Both the position numbers and the translations under genes were made by a program. 64,000 nucleotides of DNA from Calditrichota bacterium. Its GTDB lineage: Bacteria; CLD3. Positions 42,815 through 53,254 of the stretch are shown one piece after another; the first letter of the stretch is position 1, and each line of letters begins with the position of its first letter. Location: NCBI GenBank assembly GCA_008501735.1, contig QQUF01000040.1, positions 70,431-134,430 of the forward strand, in the 5' to 3' direction. The notes below the pieces were generated by a model, which saw only the letters and a list, made by a program, of their open reading frames with translations, had not been told where the DNA came from and did no database searches.

Positions 42815-44158
42815 TTATTTTAAAAGCAACATTTTCTTAGTTTGACTTTCATTACCGATTTTCAATCTGTAGAGATAAACTCCTGAACTGACGCTTTTGC
42901 CAAAGTTGTCTGTTCCGTCCCAAATTACAGAGTTTTTACCTGAATTGCTTGGCAAAATCCATTCTCTCACCTTTTGTCCAAGAACATTAAAAATTGATAA
43001 TTTCGCCAATTCATAATTCGTATTTTTCAACTCGTAATTGATTGTCGTGGAAGGGTTGAACGGATTCGGATAATTTTCGAGAAGTTGGATTGTGTTTGGC
43101 AGTTGTGGAATTTCCGAGTTTGTTTCTTCGGAGATTGAGACGACTCCTCCATTAAGAGTTCTAATTATTGTTCCGTCATTTCCAACAGCAAAACCAATAT
43201 CTTGATTTATAAAATGAAAATTATTCATTCTTTTATTCGTTGGAATTGAATTTAAATCCCAGGTGTATCCTCCATTTAATGTTTTTTTAAAGTAAGAAAT
43301 TGTAGAATCTGGGTATTGAAACGAATTCCACTGACGACAAATTATGTATCCAATATTATCATTTAGAAAATAGATTTTATCTATACCAAAAGCGTCATCG
43401 TAATGTATTTCAGACCAATTGTTTCCGCCATCAATTGTTTTTTGAATTTTTCCAACTAAAAATAATTCCAACCAACCCACAATATTCTTAACTTTAACTC
43501 CACTTGTTATAACATACCCATTATTATTTCTAAAAAAAATATCTTGGTACTCTATAGAAAAATTAACTTGTTGAAAAAAAATAGAGTTCCAATTTAATCC
43601 ATAGTCAAAAGTTCGTTCTAACCATGCTCCTATTAATTGAAACGCTGTTGAATCATTTTTAAAATGAAATTTATGACTCAAAGAACTTGGTAAAGCTGAA
43701 AATGGAAACCAATTAATTCCTCCGTCAATAGTTTTATATAAATTTTGTTGTTCTATTACGAACCCTATATCTTCTGTTACAAATTGAATATCATAAATAA
43801 TTTGTCCTAAAAAATTATTTATTTCAAACCAAGAATAACCTGCATCTTCAGTTTTGAGAATTTTAGCTCCTGTACCAAGTATAAAACCGTCACTTGGACT
43901 AACAAAAATTATTTTTTTAAAGTCAATATTTGGTAAAGTAAATTCTGGAAGTTTTTGCCAAGTAATGCCTAAATCATTTGAAGATAAGATGGTTGCTGAG
44001 TCACCAACAGCAAAGAGTTTATTGCTGTCAAATAAACTTGTAATGGAATTCAAATTATTATTTTGAATTTTTGGTAATAACTCCCAAATTGTTTGCTGTG
44101 CTTTCACTTTAAAATTCAAAGCAAATATCAAAAGAAGTGAAAAGGTTAAGACTTTCAT
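42815..44158 (-). CDS. paralogous secreted BNR-like repeat protein with T9SS C-terminal sorting domain
   Basis: The signal MKVLTFSLLLIF begins at 44158. The C-terminal ~110 aa and the 5' leader are near-identical to the 40643 gene. Confidence 0.7.
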   Translation of the reverse strand: MKVLTFSLLLIFALNFKVKAQQTIWELLPKIQNNNLNSITSLFDSNKLFAVGDSATILSSNDLGITWQKLPEFTLPNIDFKKIIFVSPSDGFILGTGAKILKTEDAGYSWFEINNFLGQIIYDIQFVTEDIGFVIEQQNLYKTIDGGINWFPFSALPSSLSHKFHFKNDSTAFQLIGAWLERTFDYGLNWNSIFFQQVNFSIEYQDIFFRNNNGYVITSGVKVKNIVGWLELFLVGKIQKTIDGGNNWSEIHYDDAFGIDKIYFLNDNIGYIICRQWNSFQYPDSTISYFKKTLNGGYTWDLNSIPTNKRMNNFHFINQDIGFAVGNDGTIIRTLNGGVVSISEETNSEIPQLPNTIQLLENYPNPFNPSTTINYELKNTNYELAKLSIFNVLGQKVREWILPSNSGKNSVIWDGTDNFGKSVSSGVYLYRLKIGNESQTKKMLLLK

Positions 44159-44242
44159 TTCGAGACTCCAAATTTTTAATGTTACAATCTTAAATGCTTT
44201 TCGAGGTAAAAAAGTTCCCAACTTTTTTAAAATCAATGAAAT

Positions 44243-44275
44243 AAAAAAGCCCCGACAAAATTTGTCGGGGCTTTT
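44243..44275 (-). terminator. rho-independent terminator after rpoD
   Basis: A gccccgacaaa/tttgtcggggc hairpin flanked by an A-run and a T-run. Confidence 0.8.
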
Positions 44276-44282
44276 AAAAGTT

Positions 44283-45140
44283 TTAACCTAAGTAGCTTCT
44301 TAAAGGTCTGCTTCTTGACTTGTGTCTAAGTCTGCGAATTGCCTTTTTCTTGATTTGTCGCACGCGTTCACGAGTGAGGTTGAATTGCTCGCCGATTTCT
44401 TCAAGTGTAAGAGGTTTTTCTCTGTCAATTCCGAAGTAAAGCTGAATGACTTTTTTCTCTCTTTCTGTAAGAGTGTCTAAAACTCTTTCGATTTCGATTT
44501 TGAGAGATTCTGTCAATAAAGCTGTGTCAGGAGAAGGTTTTTGGTCACTTGGAATTACGTCCAAAAGACTGTTCTTTTCACCTGCTTGGAAAGGTTCGTC
44601 AAGTGAAGAATGTCTGCTTGAAATCTTCAAAGTATTAGAAACTTCGTAAGGATTCAAGTTAAGTTCTTCAGCAATTTCTGTTGTTGTTGGTTCACGTTCA
44701 CTGATTTGCTCAAGTTCGCTTGCAACTTTGCTGATTTTGTTGAGAGTTCCAACTCTGTTCAGCGGAAGTCTTACCACTCTTGAGTGTTCTGCCAAAGCCT
44801 GTAAAATCGATTGGCGAATCCACCAAACAGCGTAAGAAATAAATTTGAATCCTCTAGTTTCATCAAATCTTTTCGCAGCTTTAATCAATCCCAAATTACC
44901 TTCGTTAATAAGGTCACCAAGGGAAAGACCTTGATTTTGATATTCTTTTGCCACACTAACAACGAATCTCAAGTTAGAGATTGTCATTTTTTCAAGAGCC
45001 CAAGAATCACCTTCACGAATTTTCTTTGCAAGGTCAATCTCTTCCTGAGGTGTCAAAAGATTGACATCGCTGATTTCTTGCAAATATCTTTCTAAGGATT
45101 GATTCTCTCTTGTTTTATTCTTTGTGGTAATTACCGACAT
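44283..45140 (-). CDS. rpoD: primary sigma-70 factor, short FCB/Bacteroidota-type (~285 aa)
   Basis: Regions 2-4 are recognisable ([10 protein letters not shown] in region 2.4, [16 protein letters not shown] in region 4.2). The short length is typical of FCB-group sigma-A. Confidence 0.8.
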   Translation of the reverse strand: MSVITTKNKTRENQSLERYLQEISDVNLLTPQEEIDLAKKIREGDSWALEKMTISNLRFVVSVAKEYQNQGLSLGDLINEGNLGLIKAAKRFDETRGFKFISYAVWWIRQSILQALAEHSRVVRLPLNRVGTLNKISKVASELEQISEREPTTTEIAEELNLNPYEVSNTLKISSRHSSLDEPFQAGEKNSLLDVIPSDQKPSPDTALLTESLKIEIERVLDTLTEREKKVIQLYFGIDREKPLTLEEIGEQFNLTRERVRQIKKKAIRRLRHKSRSRPLRSYLG

Positions 45141-45326
45141 CTATAATCCTGTTCTTTTAATAAGTTAATTTCTTCAAAATGTGATAGACCTCACAAAAAA
45201 GGTCGGGACTTAAACAAAGCAAACTCCAAATAGTTCCCAAAAATTTTCATTTTTTTCATTTTTTTATAAAATCACTCTTGTAAATTACGCAATCGTGAAT
45301 TTTAAATCAAAACGCGGAGTTAAAAA

Positions 45327-46817
45327 GTGCGAAAAATAAAAAAAGTATTAATAGCAAACAGAGGCGAAATCGCTGTCAGAGTGATTCGGGCTTGTCACGA
45401 ACTCGGAATCGAAACAGTTGCAGTTTTCAGTGATGCAGACAGACTTGCAAAACACGTAAAATTAGCAGATTACGCTTACTACATTGGCGAAAGCCCTTCC
45501 TCAAAAAGTTATTTGGTTGCAGATAAAATCTTAAAAGTTGCTCAAGAATCCAAAGCTGATGCAATTCATCCGGGTTATGGATTTATGTCGGAAAACGGAG
45601 AATTTGCAGATTTGGTCAGAAGTCTTGGAATTGCTTTCATAGGACCTTCTTCCTATGCAATGAAAGCTATGGGAAATAAAACTTCTGCTCGTGAATTAAT
45701 GATCAAAGCAGGAGTTCCTGTTGTTCCCGGAACAGAATCAGGAATCACTGACATCGAAGAAGCAAAAGTTGTTGCTGACGAAATCGGTTATCCAATTTTA
45801 ATCAAAGCGGCTTCTGGTGGTGGTGGAAAGGGAATGCGAGTTGTTGAGCAAAAAGAAGATTTTGAAAAAATGATGAGAATGGCTCAAAGTGAAGCAGGTT
45901 CTTCGTTTGGTGACTCAACAGTTTACATCGAAAAGTATTTGGAAAAACCAAGACACATCGAATTTCAAATTCTTGGAGACCAACAAGGAAACGTTGTTTA
46001 CTTAGGAGAAAGAGAATGTTCAATCCAAAGACGACACCAAAAAGTTGTTGAAGAGGCTCTTTCGGCTGTTTTGACTCCTGAACTTCGTAAAAAAATGGGT
46101 GAAATGGCTGTTAAGAGTGCAAAAGCAGTTGGTTACTACAATGCTGGAACAATCGAATGTTTGATTGACAAAGATTTGAATTACTACTTTTTGGAAATGA
46201 ACACTCGTTTACAAGTAGAACATCCTGTTACAGAAATGGTTACAGGAATTGACCTTGTGAAAGAACAAATCAATATCGCAGAAGGTGGCGAATTACCTTT
46301 CACTCAAGAAGACATTAAGTTCAACGGACACGCAATTGAATGCAGAATTTACGCTGAAGATTGTGTGAATAATTTTGCTCCTTCTATCGGAAAAATCACG
46401 AGTTTAATTCCCGCCGATGGCTTTGGAATTCGTGAAGACAGTGGAATTTATCAAGGACAGGAAGTTAGTGTTTATTACGATCCAATGCTTTCAAAGCTTT
46501 GTGCTTGGGGACGAGATAGAAACGAAGCAATTGCGAGAATGAAACGTGCTTTGGACGAATACGAAATCAGAGGAGTGAACACAACAATTCCATTTTGCCG
46601 ATTTGTTTTGAACCACGAAGCATTTGTTTCAGGAGATTTTGACACTCATTTTGTAAAAAATTATTTTGACCCGAAATATTTAACGGAAATTGGCGAAGAG
46701 GAAGAAAATGCTTTGATTGCGGGAGCGGCAGCTTTTTCTGAACTCAAAACTAAGAAAATTGTAAACATTCCAAACAACGGTCAAAGTAACTGGAAACTTA
46801 AGAGAATTAAGAATTAA
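45327..46817 (+). CDS. accC: biotin carboxylase (AccC or PycA-like subunit), GTG start
   Basis: An ATP-grasp domain with KVLIANRGEIAVRVIRAC, the GGGGKGMRVV glycine-rich loop, and EMNTRLQVEHPVTE. The C-terminal ~45-aa extension and the absence of an adjacent accB leave PycA-type possible. Confidence 0.8.
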   Translation: MRKIKKVLIANRGEIAVRVIRACHELGIETVAVFSDADRLAKHVKLADYAYYIGESPSSKSYLVADKILKVAQESKADAIHPGYGFMSENGEFADLVRSLGIAFIGPSSYAMKAMGNKTSARELMIKAGVPVVPGTESGITDIEEAKVVADEIGYPILIKAASGGGGKGMRVVEQKEDFEKMMRMAQSEAGSSFGDSTVYIEKYLEKPRHIEFQILGDQQGNVVYLGERECSIQRRHQKVVEEALSAVLTPELRKKMGEMAVKSAKAVGYYNAGTIECLIDKDLNYYFLEMNTRLQVEHPVTEMVTGIDLVKEQINIAEGGELPFTQEDIKFNGHAIECRIYAEDCVNNFAPSIGKITSLIPADGFGIREDSGIYQGQEVSVYYDPMLSKLCAWGRDRNEAIARMKRALDEYEIRGVNTTIPFCRFVLNHEAFVSGDFDTHFVKNYFDPKYLTEIGEEEENALIAGAAAFSELKTKKIVNIPNNGQSNWKLKRIKN

Positions 46818-46829
46818 GAATTTATTTTT

Positions 46830-46905
46830 GTAGAGACGTAATGCATTGCGTCTCTACAAGCAAAATTTTGGGTAGTAGTGCTTTTGGTGTTACTACCTTT
46901 TTTGT
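46830..46905 (+). terminator. tandem hairpins after accC: palindromic element copy 2 (gtagagacg..cgtctctac) followed by a ggtagta..tactacc + T-run terminator
   Basis: Read directly from the sequence. Confidence 0.7.
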
Positions 46906-47047
46906 TTTCAAGAGTTTGTTTCAGAACTTTAATTAATGATTTGGAGGTTTGGGAAATCTTTTTTTCAAATTGGTGCAACTTTTTGAGGACTCGGATTGTT
47001 CAAGTTTAAACTAAGTCCCCAAAAAATTCTAAAAAGTGGAGAATCTT

Positions 47048-48232
47048 ATGCATCTGATTCAACAAATCCAAAATGAACTTTCTTCCAAAAGTCTTGACGG
47101 TTGGTTGTTTTATGATTTTCGAGGAACAAATATTTTAATGAGAAGGATTCTGAAACTTCCTGAAAATCAAGTTCTTACGAGACGTTACCTGTATTACGTT
47201 CCTGCAATCGGTGAGCCTGTTAAAATTGTTCACAAAATTGAAGCTGGAAATCTTGACACACTTCCCGGAGACAAAAGAACTTACAGCAGTTGGCAAGATT
47301 ACGAAATGGCAATTCACCACACTTTACCAAGAGGTTCAAGAGTCGCAATGGAATTTTCGCCGAAAAATGCAATTCCTTACGTCTCGAGAGTTGATGCAGG
47401 AACTGTTGATATGATTAGAGAATTTGGAGTCGAAGTTGTTTCTTCAGCGGATTTGGTTCAACTTTTTGAAGCTGTTTGGGACGATTACAAATGGGAAACT
47501 CACCAAAGAGCCGCAAAACTTGTGATTGAAACAAAAGACGAAGCATTTAATTTTATCCGAGAGAAAATTACAGCAAAAGAACAACTTACAGAATACGATG
47601 TTCAGCAATTTATTTTACAAAAATTTGAAGAAAAAGATTTGTACACCGACCACTCACCGATTGTTGCAGTGAATGGAAACAGTGGAAATCCTCATTACGA
47701 ACCGCAAATTGACAAACACGATGAAATTAAAGAAAACGATTTTGTTCTGATTGACCTTTGGGCAAAAACTAAAGAGAAAGGTTCTGTTTTTGCAGACTAC
47801 ACTTGGACAGGTTTTGTCGGTACAGAAGTCCCTGAAGAACATTCAAAGATTTTTGAAATTGTTGCAGGGGCAAGAGATACAGCAGTTGAGTTTTTGAAAA
47901 GTCAATTTTCAAAAGGGCAATTTGTCGCTGGCTGGGAAGTTGACAGAATTACAAGAAAATATATAATTGAGCACGGTTACGGAGATAAATTTATTCACAG
48001 AACAGGACATTCTATTGGTGAAGAGGACCACGGAAATGGTGCGAATATTGACGACTTAGAAAACCACGACACAAGGCAAATTTTACCTCAAACTTGTTTT
48101 TCGATTGAACCCGGGATTTATTTGGATAAATTTGGAGTTAGGAGTGAAATCAATGTTTTTATTACCAAAGATAGAGAAGTAATTGAAACAGGAACTCCAA
48201 AACAAATTGAAGTTTTAAAAATTTTAAGTTGA
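47048..48232 (+). CDS. Xaa-Pro aminopeptidase / M24B family metallopeptidase
   Basis: Pita-bread fold metal ligands are present (DLWAK..D, HRTGHSIG, E..E). The start MHLIQQ at 47048 follows a GGAGA. Confidence 0.75.
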   Translation: MHLIQQIQNELSSKSLDGWLFYDFRGTNILMRRILKLPENQVLTRRYLYYVPAIGEPVKIVHKIEAGNLDTLPGDKRTYSSWQDYEMAIHHTLPRGSRVAMEFSPKNAIPYVSRVDAGTVDMIREFGVEVVSSADLVQLFEAVWDDYKWETHQRAAKLVIETKDEAFNFIREKITAKEQLTEYDVQQFILQKFEEKDLYTDHSPIVAVNGNSGNPHYEPQIDKHDEIKENDFVLIDLWAKTKEKGSVFADYTWTGFVGTEVPEEHSKIFEIVAGARDTAVEFLKSQFSKGQFVAGWEVDRITRKYIIEHGYGDKFIHRTGHSIGEEDHGNGANIDDLENHDTRQILPQTCFSIEPGIYLDKFGVRSEINVFITKDREVIETGTPKQIEVLKILS

Positions 48233-48819
48233 AAATGACACAAGTTCAAGAAAAAAAATACTACACTTTAGAAGAATACTTTGAATTAGAAAGTAAATCT
48301 GATGAAAAGCACGAGTTTTACAAAGGTGAGATTTTTGCAATGTCGGGTGGTTCTTTCAATCACAATTTGATTGCTTCGAATATTTTAGGTGAGTTTAGGA
48401 ATTTGCTTAAAGGTAAGCCTTGCATAGTGCTTGGAAGTGACTTAAAAGTTCAAGTTAAAGAAAATGGGCTTTACACTTATCCTGACGTAAGTGTAATTTG
48501 TGGTGAACCTGAATTTGTTGAGGAAAGAAATGACACTGTTAAGAATCCACTTTTGATTGTTGAAGTTCTTTCGGAATCAACGGCAGATTATGACAAAGGT
48601 GGGAAATTCACGCTTTACAGAGACATTGATTCGCTAAGGCACTATATTTTGGTTGAGCAAAAAGAAGCTCGTGTGGAGTATTTTTACAAAAATGAAAAAG
48701 AGCATTGGGAGTTGGTAGAGTTTAGAAATGTTAGCGAAACTTTGAAAATTGAGAATCTGAATATCGAAATCCCTTTAGATGAAATTTATCAGAAAATTAC
48801 TTTTGAAGAAAAGAACTGA
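48229..48819 (+). CDS. Uma2-family (DUF820) restriction-endonuclease-like protein
   Basis: A PD-(D/E)xK-like core is present (YPDVSVIC..LLIVEVLSEST). The start overlaps the M24 stop by 4 nt. Confidence 0.6.
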   Translation: MKMTQVQEKKYYTLEEYFELESKSDEKHEFYKGEIFAMSGGSFNHNLIASNILGEFRNLLKGKPCIVLGSDLKVQVKENGLYTYPDVSVICGEPEFVEERNDTVKNPLLIVEVLSESTADYDKGGKFTLYRDIDSLRHYILVEQKEARVEYFYKNEKEHWELVEFRNVSETLKIENLNIEIPLDEIYQKITFEEKN

Positions 48820-48850
48820 CAGGTTTTTGAACCTGTCAGTTCTGGTTTGT

Positions 48851-49342
48851 TTAATCAATAAAAGTGTGAAGCGTCTTTTGACTTTTTGGGTCTAAGGAAT
48901 CCATCGTAGTTACGACGAACAAATCGCCTGCAATATCTTCAATCAAAACACTTCCATCTTCACGAAGTTTGGGCCAAGCGTCAAGTTTTGTGTGAAAAAC
49001 TCTTTGACCTTGTTTAGTCATTACTTCCCAAACTCGAAGCTCAATTTCGTCCTCAACACGTAAAATGCTTGTAATTTCCATCACGAATGAAATCCGTTCA
49101 AGATAAGTTTGAATGACTGACTTTGTTTCTTTGTCCAAAGTATTTACGTCTTCAATCAAAAATACTTCATTTTCATCGTCGTTTCTAAGAGAAAGAAATT
49201 TTGTTGGGTCTGACCAAGGGAAGCATTGTTTTACACTAACTTCCATTTCCCCTTTACCATTTTTGAAGTAAAGGAGATTGTTTTCTTTAAGATAAATTTT
49301 ATAATTTTTGCTCATTATTTTTTCCGTTTTTTGATACATCAA
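48851..49342 (-). CDS. hypothetical protein (163 aa) immediately downstream of the ABC exporter
   Basis: ORF only. It is co-oriented with the ABC gene. Confidence 0.4.
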   Translation of the reverse strand: MMYQKTEKIMSKNYKIYLKENNLLYFKNGKGEMEVSVKQCFPWSDPTKFLSLRNDDENEVFLIEDVNTLDKETKSVIQTYLERISFVMEITSILRVEDEIELRVWEVMTKQGQRVFHTKLDAWPKLREDGSVLIEDIAGDLFVVTTMDSLDPKSQKTLHTFID

Positions 49343-49386
49343 ATTTAAAAAATTTGATGTAGAGACGCACGGCGGTGCGTCTCTAC
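49337..49386. repeat. palindromic element copy 3 (gtagagacgcac-ggcg-gtgcgtctctac) preceded by a second hairpin (catcaaattt..aaatttgatg)
   Basis: Read directly. It lies between the ABC exporter stop and the downstream 163-aa gene. Confidence 0.8.
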
Positions 49387-49506
49387 TAAAAGATAAACTG
49401 AAATTCTATTTTCCAGATTCTAAAAACAATTTTATTTCTACTTGTGGAGATGAAAAGCCATTCGTCTCCACCGACTAATTTTTCAGAATACTCGTTAATC
49501 TCCACT

Positions 49507-51795
49507 TTAAACTGGGAAGAGTTCGTGCATCTGATGCTGTAATTCGTGTAATTTGCGATAAACTCCATTTTCGATTTCCAGTAATTCTAAATGGTTTCCA
49601 CGTTCAACTATTTTACCGTCTTCGATTACGAAAATTCTGTTTGTCTTTCGTAAAGTAGAGAGTCGGTGAGCAATTGCAAACACTGTTCGACCTTCAATTA
49701 GTCTGTCGAGTGCTTCTTGAATTTTAAATTCTGTTTCGGTATCAACAGCACTTGTTGCTTCGTCCAAAATCAAGATTTTCGGATTGTGCAAAATCGCACG
49801 TGCAATCGAAATTCTTTGTCTTTCGCCACCTGAAAGAGTATGACCTCTTTCTCCAACAACTGTGTCGTAGCCGTAAGGAAGTTTCAAGATAAATTCGTGA
49901 GCATTCGAGATTTTTGCAGCTTCGATAATTTGCATCATTGTTGGGTTCTCAATTCCGTAACCGATATTCTCGGAAATTGTTCCGTGAAAAAGGTAAGGGT
50001 CTTGCAAAACCATTCCAACTTGTTGCCTGTAAGAACCGATTTCAATGTCTTTGATGTTGTGTCCGTCAATCAAGATTTCTCCGCCAACTGCATCGTAAAA
50101 ACGTGCAATTAGTTTTGTGATTGTTGTTTTTCCTCCTCCAGAAGGACCAACCAAACCAATCATTTCACCTTCTTTGACAGAAAAATTCATATCCTTGATG
50201 ATTTTACGAACACCATCGTAACTGAAAGCAACATTTTTGAAATCAACGTTTCCTTTGAGGTCTTCAATTTTAACCGCACTTTCTTTTTCGGTTACAGTCG
50301 GATTTGTGTCGAGAATCTCGAAAATCCTGTAAGCCGAACTTGTCGCCCTATTTAACATTCTTGCCATTTGACCGATTACTTCAATTGGTTGAGTAAACAT
50401 CGTCATATAAAGCAAAAATGACACGAAAGTTCCCGCAGTTAAGTGCGAAGCAGAAGTTTCAGGACTGATTAATCTTGGAACAGCAAAAACCCAAACACCA
50501 AGAATTAACATCTGAATTCCAAGCATTAAAAAGGGCCAAAACTTTGTCCAAGATTCGTGAATCACAAAGAATTCCTCCGTTACAGTTTCGTTCCTTTGGC
50601 TGAATCTTTCAGTTTCGTGTTGTTCCTGATTAAAAGCCTTTACTACTTGCATCCCTGGAATTGTGTCTGAAAGAACGTCAGTCAAGTTTGACCATTTTCG
50701 CCAAGCCTTCAAAAACATCTTCTTCATTCGTTCTCCGTGAAGGAAAATCGAATAGAGTAGAAAAGGAACAGGCAAAGTGATAAAAAGACCGAGTTTCCAA
50801 TCCATCGAAATCAAGACTGTACTAAGCCCAATCAAAGTAATGATTGAAATCGAGACTTCAACAACTCCAAATGCAACAAAATCCCAAATCCTATCAGTGT
50901 CAGAACTAACACGACTGATTATGCTTCCTGTTTGCTTTTTAGAGTAAAAGTCAAGACTCAAAGTTTGCAAATGTCGATAAAGTTCGTCACGTAAATCTCG
51001 TGCAACTTTTTCACCCATAATTGACATTTTATTCAAACGAATCCAAATGAAAAATTCTCTCAAAACGTAGATTAAAGCGATTGTTGCCACTAAAGTCCAA
51101 GCAATTTCACTTGCTTCGTCTGAGGTGAGATTTCCATCTTGAAAAGGTTGAATTACCGAGTCAATTAAGTAACCTGAAATGTATGCAGGAACCAAAGAAA
51201 CAATTGTTGTCAAAACTGCACCAATCATTCCGATTGTCAGTTCTTTTTTGTAAGGAAGCAAGTAGCTTAAAAGCCTCCATAAAACTGAATTTTTATCCTT
51301 CGAGAAACTGTTTTGAGCTTCGGTTACGGGTTTTAAAATTGCGTTTACGTACTCTGTGTCTGCATCAAAAGAAGAATTTCCGAAAACACCGTCTTCAATT
51401 TTCTCTTCAACTACGTACTTCAAATGACCCATAATTATTTTTTGTCTATGAGTGTATGAAACTGAAATTAGTGGTTGAACGTCATCGCTTGCCAAAAAGA
51501 GTAGAGTTGTGCAACTTACCGACTCAACTTCTTTGACGCTTTTGATTTCAGCAATTTTAATTTTTGATTTTAATTTGTACTCTCTGTTTTCTTCTAAAAT
51601 TAAGTAGAGAAATTCAGGAGTAAGGACTAACCAAGAGCCTCTAAACATTAAGTTTTCGTCAAGGTCAGAAAATGCATAAAGTTTGATTTCGTTGTTCTTT
51701 TCTTGTTTAAGAACTAGCTCTCGGACTTCCTTAGGAAGTTTACTTTTTTGTTTTAAATATTTTTCAATGTATTCAAATTTTAGATTTGTTTCCAT
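49507..51795 (-). CDS. ABC transporter fused permease/ATP-binding protein (type I exporter) with ~190-aa N-terminal cytosolic extension
   Basis: 6 TM helices follow an unusual N-terminal domain. Walker A GPSGGGKTT, signature LSGGERQR and Walker B ILILDEATSAVD are present. Confidence 0.8.
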   Translation of the reverse strand: METNLKFEYIEKYLKQKSKLPKEVRELVLKQEKNNEIKLYAFSDLDENLMFRGSWLVLTPEFLYLILEENREYKLKSKIKIAEIKSVKEVESVSCTTLLFLASDDVQPLISVSYTHRQKIIMGHLKYVVEEKIEDGVFGNSSFDADTEYVNAILKPVTEAQNSFSKDKNSVLWRLLSYLLPYKKELTIGMIGAVLTTIVSLVPAYISGYLIDSVIQPFQDGNLTSDEASEIAWTLVATIALIYVLREFFIWIRLNKMSIMGEKVARDLRDELYRHLQTLSLDFYSKKQTGSIISRVSSDTDRIWDFVAFGVVEVSISIITLIGLSTVLISMDWKLGLFITLPVPFLLYSIFLHGERMKKMFLKAWRKWSNLTDVLSDTIPGMQVVKAFNQEQHETERFSQRNETVTEEFFVIHESWTKFWPFLMLGIQMLILGVWVFAVPRLISPETSASHLTAGTFVSFLLYMTMFTQPIEVIGQMARMLNRATSSAYRIFEILDTNPTVTEKESAVKIEDLKGNVDFKNVAFSYDGVRKIIKDMNFSVKEGEMIGLVGPSGGGKTTITKLIARFYDAVGGEILIDGHNIKDIEIGSYRQQVGMVLQDPYLFHGTISENIGYGIENPTMMQIIEAAKISNAHEFILKLPYGYDTVVGERGHTLSGGERQRISIARAILHNPKILILDEATSAVDTETEFKIQEALDRLIEGRTVFAIAHRLSTLRKTNRIFVIEDGKIVERGNHLELLEIENGVYRKLHELQHQMHELFPV

Positions 51796-52465
51796 CTTTG
51801 TAGCCTATGATTTAAAAGTTTCAAACTTGGTGGATGTTTTAGTTGCGATAGTTTATGTGACAAAATCAGTCTTAGTTTATCAAATCTATTGGGAACAAAT
51901 TCGAAATTAGCGACTCTAAATTTCCAAACATCAACAGCAATATTTTGATTGCCAGAATTAAAAACAGCACTTAAGGCTGTCATTGCGTAAGTTTTTGTGT
52001 TAAACATTTCTGTTTACTCCATAATTTTATTAAACAAAGTGAATCAAAGGCACAAAATTAGCCAATAATTCGACAATTATCGAAATCCAAAAAAGAGGAC
52101 TTCCAGTGTATTAAAAAGTTAAAAAAGTGATTTTAAAGAGAGAGAAAAGAGGTTGCTTTTAGCAATCGGTTTTGGGGTTAAACCAATGATTGGCTAAAGC
52201 GTTTGGATTGCCAAAATCTCTCGAAGCTACCACTCTAACTGCACTGACTTTTGGTCCGTAAAATCTTTGTAGGATTTGCATTAGTAATCTCCGAGTTTTT
52301 GGAAGTTGAATTATTTGTAAAAAATAAGTTCGGCTATTTTAAGGCTTTTTGACAAATTTTGCAAGAAATAATTTTCCATTATAAAAATTTTATTGGAAAT
52401 TTTCTCAAATTTTTACGTTCTTAGTTTCTTCACAGGGTAAAAATATTCTATAAAAATCAAATTTT

Positions 52466-53239
52466 ATGACAAAAGTAACAATAATTTTTTTACTAATTTT
52501 TGTGGTGAATTTGCAAGGGCAGAGTAATTCTATTTCTGAAATCGAAAAAGCAATTTTCAGATTCACAAACAAAGAACGAACAGAGCGTGGACTTAAATCA
52601 CTAAAGTTCAACCAAGAACTTCAAGAACTTGCAAAAATTCACAATAAAAATATGAATGACTACGATTTCTTCGACCACGAAGACCAAAATGGAATGAAAA
52701 TTGGCGAAAGAAGGAAAGCATTTTTTCCTGAAATTCTCGGAGGTATTGGAGAAAATATTGCTTTTAACAAAGGTTACGAAATCGAAGGGACTGCTAAAAG
52801 ATTAGTCAAACAATGGATGAATTCTCCCGGTCATCGAGAAAATATTTTACGTAAAGAATTTACACAACTTGGAGTTGGAATTTTGGTTGAAGGAAACAAA
52901 ATTTACGGAACTCAAGTGTTCGGAAGTTTAGTTGCGAAAATTCTGACTCCGATTCCCCAAAAATTAGATTTTGGGGCAGAAAAAGAATTTACGTTTGAAT
53001 TCCTTGGTGATTTTGAGAAAAAGGACATCACAATTTTTGTTAATTTTCCTGATGAAAACGCAAAATTTTATGTGAGTAAAACTCAATACTACACAGGAGT
53101 TGGGAGCTATAAAGCAGAGTGGAATGGAAATAATTTTAAGTTCAAAGTTCGCTTCGACAAAGGAAAAGGGATTTACAAAATTCAAATTGGAAGCAAAGGA
53201 GAAGTCTTTCAAGAAGGAATTGAAATTTTAGTTGAGTAA
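52466..53239 (+). CDS. secreted CAP/SCP/PR-1 superfamily protein with extra C-terminal domain
   Basis: A signal peptide and the CAP motifs HNKNMNDYDFFDHED and GHRENIL are present. Confidence 0.65.
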   Translation: MTKVTIIFLLIFVVNLQGQSNSISEIEKAIFRFTNKERTERGLKSLKFNQELQELAKIHNKNMNDYDFFDHEDQNGMKIGERRKAFFPEILGGIGENIAFNKGYEIEGTAKRLVKQWMNSPGHRENILRKEFTQLGVGILVEGNKIYGTQVFGSLVAKILTPIPQKLDFGAEKEFTFEFLGDFEKKDITIFVNFPDENAKFYVSKTQYYTGVGSYKAEWNGNNFKFKVRFDKGKGIYKIQIGSKGEVFQEGIEILVE

Positions 53240-53254
53240 GGAAAAAAAGTTTTT

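Noticed and set aside
44159-44236. The N-terminal extension MILKKLGTFLPRKAFKIVTLKIWSLE of the second BNR paralog
   Set aside because: The paralogous gene starts at the equivalent MKVLT signal peptide. The extension precedes the signal peptide and is probably untranslated leader.
49507-50100. Possibility that the ABC exporter's N-terminal extension is a C39 bacteriocin-processing peptidase
   Set aside because: There is no QxxxxDCG-type catalytic Cys motif and no His/Asp pattern. The single Cys sits in a hydrophobic context. I left it as an unknown N-terminal domain.
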